Positions 60,701 to 64,000 of a DNA stretch of 64,000 nt are shown piece after piece. The stretch's first letter is position 1. Every line of letters starts with the position of its first letter. Made by a program: the position numbers and the translations under genes. Origin of the DNA: Octopus sinensis (lineage: Eukaryota); assembly GCF_006345805.1 (NCBI RefSeq), contig NC_043014.1, positions 48,546,001 through 48,610,000 on the forward strand. The letters run 5' to 3'. The notes beneath the pieces were generated by a model. That model was not told the origin of the DNA and did not search any database. It saw nothing but the letters and a program-made list of their open reading frames with translations.

Positions 60701-62825
60701 CACCAGGGCAAATATTACAGTCATATACTGGAGGTCATTTAAATTGGCCCCTAGTATATGACAGCTACTTACTTCATCGACTCAGGAAAGATAAAAGACC
60801 AAAAAAATATCAACCCTGCTGAGATCTAAAACCATAATACAGAGCATCACAAATAAACCCTGGAAATCAATTAAATGGACACTCAGGTTTATCCATTTCT
60901 CTGTTAATGTTGACAAGAATTAAAAGTGAAGAATTTTCTTCCATAACAGAGACCATTCCAACAGCATGGAAATTCAACAGATATTTTTCTATATTTCCAC
61001 CTCATTTCACATTAAATGTGAAATGAGGTGGAAATATAGAAAAATATTTGTATTAAAAATTAATATATTTTGTATATTATAGAAGTATAACCGATTTATT
61101 GCACATGGTTTTTAATAACTATGTCTTCTATGGAGCCCCAAGGGTCATACAGACCCCAGTTGAGAACCACTGGTCAAGTAGGTCATTACTCTTTGACATG
61201 AATCTGATCCTACCAGCCAGAAAAGACATTTCATCAGGCAATGAGGATGAAACAAGGAGGACCTTGGGATTGCGGATGGTAGTAAATACAACATCAATAC
61301 CATCACTGCTCATGGCTTTCCAGATGGGTTTACACTGGCAATGTTGAAAAGGGAAACTAAAACGATGACGACACCCTAGCTATGCTTAAAGCCGACATAT
61401 TGAAGAGTACCCTCTCGGAAAAGTCAACAGTACAACCTTTCAGACAGTTGTGCAGAACTAGCAATCATTACATCACTAGTTCTCAAGGGCATTCATCTTG
61501 TTATCCCTAAGAAACTACAAACTGATGTTATTGTTCTTGTCCACAAAGGGCATCAGGGACTAACCAAAACAAAACAATACCTGCCACACCACTGTTATTA
61601 TCATTTTTGTGTTTGTTTTCCATGCTGGTATGGGTTGAACATTTTGACATGATCCAACAGGTTAGAGGAACATGTCTTGCTCCAGTGTCTCGGTTTTAAC
61701 ATGATTTTTATGGCTGGATACCCTTCCTAACTGCAACCAATTTAAAGATTGTACTGGGTGCTTTTTTCTCATGGCACCAGCACTAAAAAGCTGCCTTGTA
61801 GCTTAAAAGACCAAAAAGATACTTCATCTGAGAGGGTGGATAACAGACAGGGTGGTTGGTTCATATGAGATGTTGAGAGGTTGAATTATGATGGGAAGAG
61901 CAGGGATATGTTTGTTGTCGTTGAAGAAACTCATGGCTCATGGCTAGCACATGGCCTAGGGGTTAGAGCAGTGGACTCGCAGTCGAGGTATCGTGGGTTC
62001 AAATCTCAGACCGGGCGATGTGTGTGTTTATGAGAAAAACACCTAAGCTCCACGCGACTCCGGCAGAAGGTAATGGCGAACTTCTGCTGACTCTTTTGCC
62101 ACAACTTTCTCTCACTCTTTCTTCCTGCATCTTGCAGCTCACCTGTGACGGACCGGCGTCCCGTCCAGGTAGAGAACCTATATGCCAAGGAAACCGGGAC
62201 ACCGGCCCTTATGAGCCAGGCGTGGATCAAGAAGGAACAAACAACAAAACCCATGGCTACTTTGTATTTTACATCTACGTGGGTGAAGGTGGCTGGGGTT
62301 GTGCTAAAAAGAGAGGTAAATATAGTAGTGATGGGGTACCAGAGGGTACCCTTAATGTAACATGTACAAGAACATGAATAAAAGAGAGCATAGAGACAGA
62401 AGAAATCAGGAAGAATGAGCAAGGTAATAAGGAGTGGGATGGAGTGAAAGAGAAAGATAGAAACACAGGGTAGAGGTTATCAGATGTATACTGGGCAGGG
62501 GCGGGGATGAACATAGTGAATGGTGAATAGCAGTGGTGGTTAATGGTGAACAATGATAAGAATGAAGGATGTCATTTAGGAGTGGTGTGTGTGGGTGTGT
62601 GTATAAACAGAAAACTCTAAATTTGACATTCAAACTATCAAGGAAATAAATAAATTAAGGTCACCTGAATATGTGAAATAAGACAAGACTTACGTTTCGA
62701 TAGATGTTTGTCGATATTTACATTTGGAACGGGATTTTCCTGGACACACGGAATCTGATAATTGAGTGTTTGTTACTGTACTGCTACCGCTTAGTGCAGT
62801 CTTGGAGTTATTAGTCACCTTGGGT
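35513..62825 (-). CDS. FBXO15: F-box only protein 15 ortholog, 5'-partial; complement join(62694-62825,59982-60086,56083-56187,52603-52695,51289-51534,49795-49939,48140-48222,46942-46997,45449-45547,44411-44526,40958-41019,39692-39729,36687-36772,35513-35602)
   Basis: Exons sum to 1456 nt plus 2 upstream nt, giving 486 codons; all introns GT-AG with matching phases. F-box FPDEILFKIFKYL, then motifs collinear with vertebrate FBXO15 (recalled, not aligned): GYWKK, YTGL, GITW, ELSFIVACFHFHKLVQRCLLG, LEDDIDPTFGLHHYQL, LSWKTD, and C-terminal VTNLQLSLSLDAVNQWFGTSYT*. Confidence 0.9.
35640..35960 (+). mobile_element. Diverged LINE 3' end with CAAGTA-type tail, in the last FBXO15 intron
   Basis: Ends gactcagcccaccctgggtgaacaccgtcacaagtacaagtaagta; homologous to 34243-94. 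Confidence 0.4.
36687..36772 (-). CDS. FBXO15: FBXO15 exon (PSFDLDTGCTRYISYKDDRGQLYMEMNK)
   Basis: ttctcatctgcag acceptor, gtaagt donor, phase 1-0. Confidence 0.88.
37416..37461 (-). ncRNA. Minimal type I hammerhead ribozyme, canonical core
   Basis: GACAC CUGAAGA AGGCU...AGCU GAAAC GU U GUGUU: intact CUGANGA/GAAA core, palindromic ACGU helix III, GUU triplet, 5-bp helix I. Confidence 0.72.
37678..37723 (+). ncRNA. Minimal type I hammerhead ribozyme (second copy of the same family)
   Basis: GACAC CUGAUGA AGGCUG-gagggtatat-CAGCU GAAAU GU U GUGUU; one helix III pair is U.G. Confidence 0.68.
38248..38495 (+). mobile_element. tRNA-derived SINE family 3 (ggagacgcgtggcttagtggttag...)
   Basis: A/B boxes plus a gtgttcttgagcaaaacacttc module. 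Related copies: ~7905-8200, 30995-31325(-), 31705-31975, 33575-33900, 39218-39517, 61944-62240. Confidence 0.75.
39692..39729 (-). CDS. FBXO15: FBXO15 38-nt micro-exon (TPVRYQEKKTND)
   Basis: gttttattgtag acceptor, gtgagt donor, phase 2-1; needed to bridge the phases of its neighbours. Confidence 0.82.
39765..39887. repeat. ~31-bp minisatellite, about 4 copies
   Basis: Unit ggggagagctatagcaaagattatatacaaa. Confidence 0.8.
39888..40143 (-). mobile_element. Helitron family 2, 5'-truncated, with a perfect terminal hairpin
   Basis: ACTAGCACTATGACCTGGC-aac-GCCAGGTCATAGTGCTAGT (19-bp arms, 39888-928); body matches 25208-25390. Confidence 0.65.
40198..40373. repeat. 176-bp spacer-less palindrome (85/88 paired)
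   Basis: Centre 40285/40286; mismatched pairs only at 40245/40326, 40254/40317 and 40264/40307. Confidence 0.97.
40290..40344 (+). ncRNA. Minimal type I hammerhead fold, U4C variant
   Basis: UAACAAAACUGU CCGACGA ACG-GGAA-CGU GAA ACUC-U-GAGU A ACAG-C-UUUUGUUA: 12-bp helix I with one bulge, GNRA-capped helix II, GUA triplet. Confidence 0.62.
40409..40610. mobile_element. mariner-type MITE remnant
   Basis: Right end aaagccaggaacttttgagcaccccctcgTA; left TIR degenerate. Confidence 0.5.
40958..41019 (-). CDS. FBXO15: FBXO15 exon (DVCLLHITVLEEREEIFWSV)
   Basis: ctttcattgtag acceptor, gtaagt donor, phase 0-2. Confidence 0.88.
41136..41356. mobile_element. piggyBac-type MITE family B copy
   Basis: TTAA at 41132-35 and 41357-60. 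Confidence 0.78.
43232..43653. mobile_element. MITE with ~30-bp GG-starting TIRs and 8-bp TSD (Merlin-like), internal (CCCTAA)n
   Basis: ggatcttttcggtttgaacggcagttttt ... aaaaaactgctgttcaaaccgaaaaaatcc; TTATAAAT at 43224-31 and 43654-61. Confidence 0.7.
43862..44288 (+). mobile_element. tRNA-derived SINE family 2 (CORE-like centre, (TG)n, AAGAGT tail)
   Basis: Head gtggctgtgtgg..gggttcagtccc. Other copies: 44856-45262, 2560-2885, 10497-10790(-), 54620-54830(-), 63521-63760(-). Confidence 0.85.
44411..44526 (-). CDS. FBXO15: FBXO15 exon (EGHAHFIVIK...LSWKTDSLKGVVQ)
   Basis: taccttgcag acceptor, gtatgc donor, phase 1-0. Confidence 0.9.
44856..45262 (+). mobile_element. tRNA-derived SINE family 2 copy
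   Basis: Near-identical to 43862-44288. Confidence 0.85.
45449..45547 (-). CDS. FBXO15: FBXO15 exon (LHHYQLTLELSG...QCQLGNI)
   Basis: ttccttggcag acceptor, gtaaga donor, phase 1-1. Confidence 0.88.
46942..46997 (-). CDS. FBXO15: FBXO15 exon (PYIPSFPNVLEDDIDPTF)
   Basis: ctctttttcccag acceptor, gtaagt donor, phase 2-1. Confidence 0.9.
48140..48222 (-). CDS. FBXO15: FBXO15 exon (EGGELSFIVACFHFHKLVQRCLLGTSS)
   Basis: cctctttcag acceptor, gtaagt donor, phase 0-2. Confidence 0.9.
48364..48810. mobile_element. Tandem dimer of piggyBac-type MITE family A
   Basis: Two copies joined at a shared TTAA (48586-89); outer TTAA at 48360-63 and 48811-14. Confidence 0.72.
49795..49939 (-). CDS. FBXO15: FBXO15 exon (PHQKSLLLEI...IIGSDNIV...GLLFATWK)
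   Basis: ttttttgacag acceptor, gtaagt donor, phase 2-0. Confidence 0.88.
50010..50330 (-). mobile_element. RTE-type LINE 3' fragment
   Basis: ORF 50020-50295: YGKLPPVS..RRVQFAGHCCR..LLWKP..RGR..DTG..AMMDREVWR, followed by a (TGA)n tail. Confidence 0.85.
51289..51534 (-). CDS. FBXO15: FBXO15 exon (KAGITWRLCL...NPIFFHKDGRPVLD)
   Basis: ttgttctttag acceptor, gtgagt donor, phase 2-2; lies in ORF 51285-51584. Confidence 0.88.
52603..52695 (-). CDS. FBXO15: FBXO15 exon (TVDLRNHKVLSLLRKVHLYTGLVKNTEAAI)
   Basis: cttttattgtcag acceptor, gtaagt donor, phase 2-2. Confidence 0.88.
   Translation of the reverse strand, partial: NCRSSKSQSPLSPKESSFIYRLGQKYRSCH
55351..55674 (+). mobile_element. Non-autonomous Helitron, family 1
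   Basis: A|TC...CTAG|T termini with subterminal hairpin cccgagcaacaccagg. Reverse copy at 26045-26420; a related 3' end at 63901-64000. Confidence 0.8.
56083..56187 (-). CDS. FBXO15: FBXO15 exon (LLWQDIYHKY...QGYWKKLCIS)
   Basis: cattaattag acceptor, gtgagt donor, phase 2-2. Confidence 0.88.
56850..57003. repeat. Imperfect ~155-bp palindrome with a nested hairpin in each arm
   Basis: tttaggtttgttgaaatatgtttgtcacatatttcaac...gttgaaatatgtgacaaacatagttcaactaacctaaa. Confidence 0.85.
59982..60086 (-). CDS. FBXO15: FBXO15 F-box exon (FPDEILFKIFKYLPILDLLTCSLVNKHWCIIATD)
   Basis: tttatttttttcag acceptor, gtaagt donor, phase 2-2; canonical F-box motif. Confidence 0.92.
60981..61047. repeat. Perfect inverted repeat, 33-bp arms, 1-nt spacer
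   Basis: atatttttctatatttccacctcatttcacatt-a-aatgtgaaatgaggtggaaatatagaaaaatat. Confidence 0.95.
61230..61582 (+). mobile_element. Gypsy-type LTR retrotransposon pol fragment (pre-integrase zinc-binding region)
   Basis: LVLKGIHLVIPKKLQTDVIVLVHKGHQGLTKTKQYL at 61477-61584, with a degenerate linker upstream. Confidence 0.7.
62694..62825 (-). CDS. FBXO15: FBXO15 N-terminal exon (PKVTNNSK...RQTSIET)
   Basis: ctattctgcag acceptor, gtaagt donor, phase 2-2; reads into the F-box exon. Confidence 0.75.
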
Positions 62826-63089
62826 CTGCAGAATAGAATAAAATAGATAATCGTTAAAAATAAATGTGAATGATGTATTATTATAGCCAACAGAAATAAC
62901 ACCTTAATTAAATAAAAAAAGGTGGCGAGCTGGCAGAAATGTTAGCACTCCGGGCAAAATGCTTGGCGGTATTTCGTCTGCCATTACGTTCTGAGTTCAA
63001 ACTCCGCCGAGGTCGACTTTGCCTTTCATCCTTTTGGGGTCAATAAATTAAGTATTAGTTATGCACTGGGGTCGATGTAATCGACTTAA

Positions 63090-63309
63090 CCCTTTAGTGT
63101 TTAAACCGGCCATACCAGGCCAAAATTGTCTTCCTGTTTTATGCTCAAACCAGCCAGCTCTGACCTCTCCCACCTACCCTACAAAGTCATTCTAAAAATA
63201 AACAGGGACATCATCAAAATCTCAGAGTTACAAGATGCTGTACAATTAATTTAAAACAATGTAATTAAACAGGCTTTACATTTGACAGAGTAATATGAAT
63301 GCTAAAGGG
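63090..63309. mobile_element. piggyBac-type MITE family A nested in a SINE
   Basis: Interrupts the SINE motif aatcgacTTAAtc and duplicates TTAA (63086-89 and 63310-13). Confidence 0.85.
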
Positions 63310-64000
63310 TTAATCTATTTGTCTGTCCTTGTTTGTCCCCTCTTTGTTTAGCTCCTTGTGGGCAATAAAGAAATAAGAAATAACACATCAATTATTGGTT
63401 AATATACCCAAAAGACTTAACACACTTGACCCCTTTTTGTGTGGAAATCAGTTATGTCCACTCAAAATTTCAGTACCTTTATCTGTGGAAAGTAATTTTA
63501 TATCCCAATCTCTATTTTTTTTAATCTTCTACTTGTTTCAGTCATTAGACTGCAGCCATACAGGGGCACCACCTTGAAGGATTTTAGTTGAACGAATTAA
63601 CCCCAGTACTTATTTTAAGCCTGGTACTTATTCTTTCATTGAACTGCAAAGTTACAGGGATGTAAACACACCAACACCGGTTGTTAAGCAGTGGTGGGGG
63701 ACAAACACAGATGCAAGCACACACATACACACACACACACACATATATATATACATTTTTACACTTTGATTTTTTTGCTGAATTTTTTCTTGAGAACACA
63801 TTCTTCGTGGAAAATGGTGATTTTGACGTCTATATCAAGCATATAGGCTGTCCATTTCTTTAGTGGTCAGTCCTCTACATTTTGTATATATATATATATA
63901 CTAGCAGTATCGCCCGGCGTTGCTCGGGTTTGTAAGGGAAATAACTATAAAGCATTTTTACAGAGTTATAGCCAAAAAATGGAAAAAAAATGATGGTAAA

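Overview
AT-rich animal genomic DNA dense in microsatellites, SINEs and MITEs; the repeat landscape suggests an octopus or other coleoid cephalopod (inference). Two convergent multi-exon genes, both 5'-partial, span the window. A GSE1 ortholog lies on + (14 coding exons, 1541-32940, ~1189 aa in window). An FBXO15 ortholog lies on - (14 coding exons, 62825-35513, ~485 aa in window). I traced each junction by hand: all are GT-AG and phase-consistent. Introns hold four SINE-type families, two TTAA piggyBac-type MITE families, two non-autonomous Helitron families, a Merlin-like MITE, and mariner, CR1, RTE and Gypsy relics. The most interesting signal is three unrelated minimal type I hammerhead ribozyme (HHR) folds in small repeats with Penelope-like/retrozyme architecture. 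(1) A U3-A8 core variant in a 367-bp unit with 38-bp terminal direct repeats, sense in a GSE1 intron. (2) A tRNA-headed SINE carrying an HHR, with an inverted 5' copy and a 15-bp flanking duplication. (3) A 176-bp palindrome with an HHR in each arm. Folds were read by eye; no activity, alignment or database search was run. Repeat boundaries are approximate to a few bp or tens of bp.
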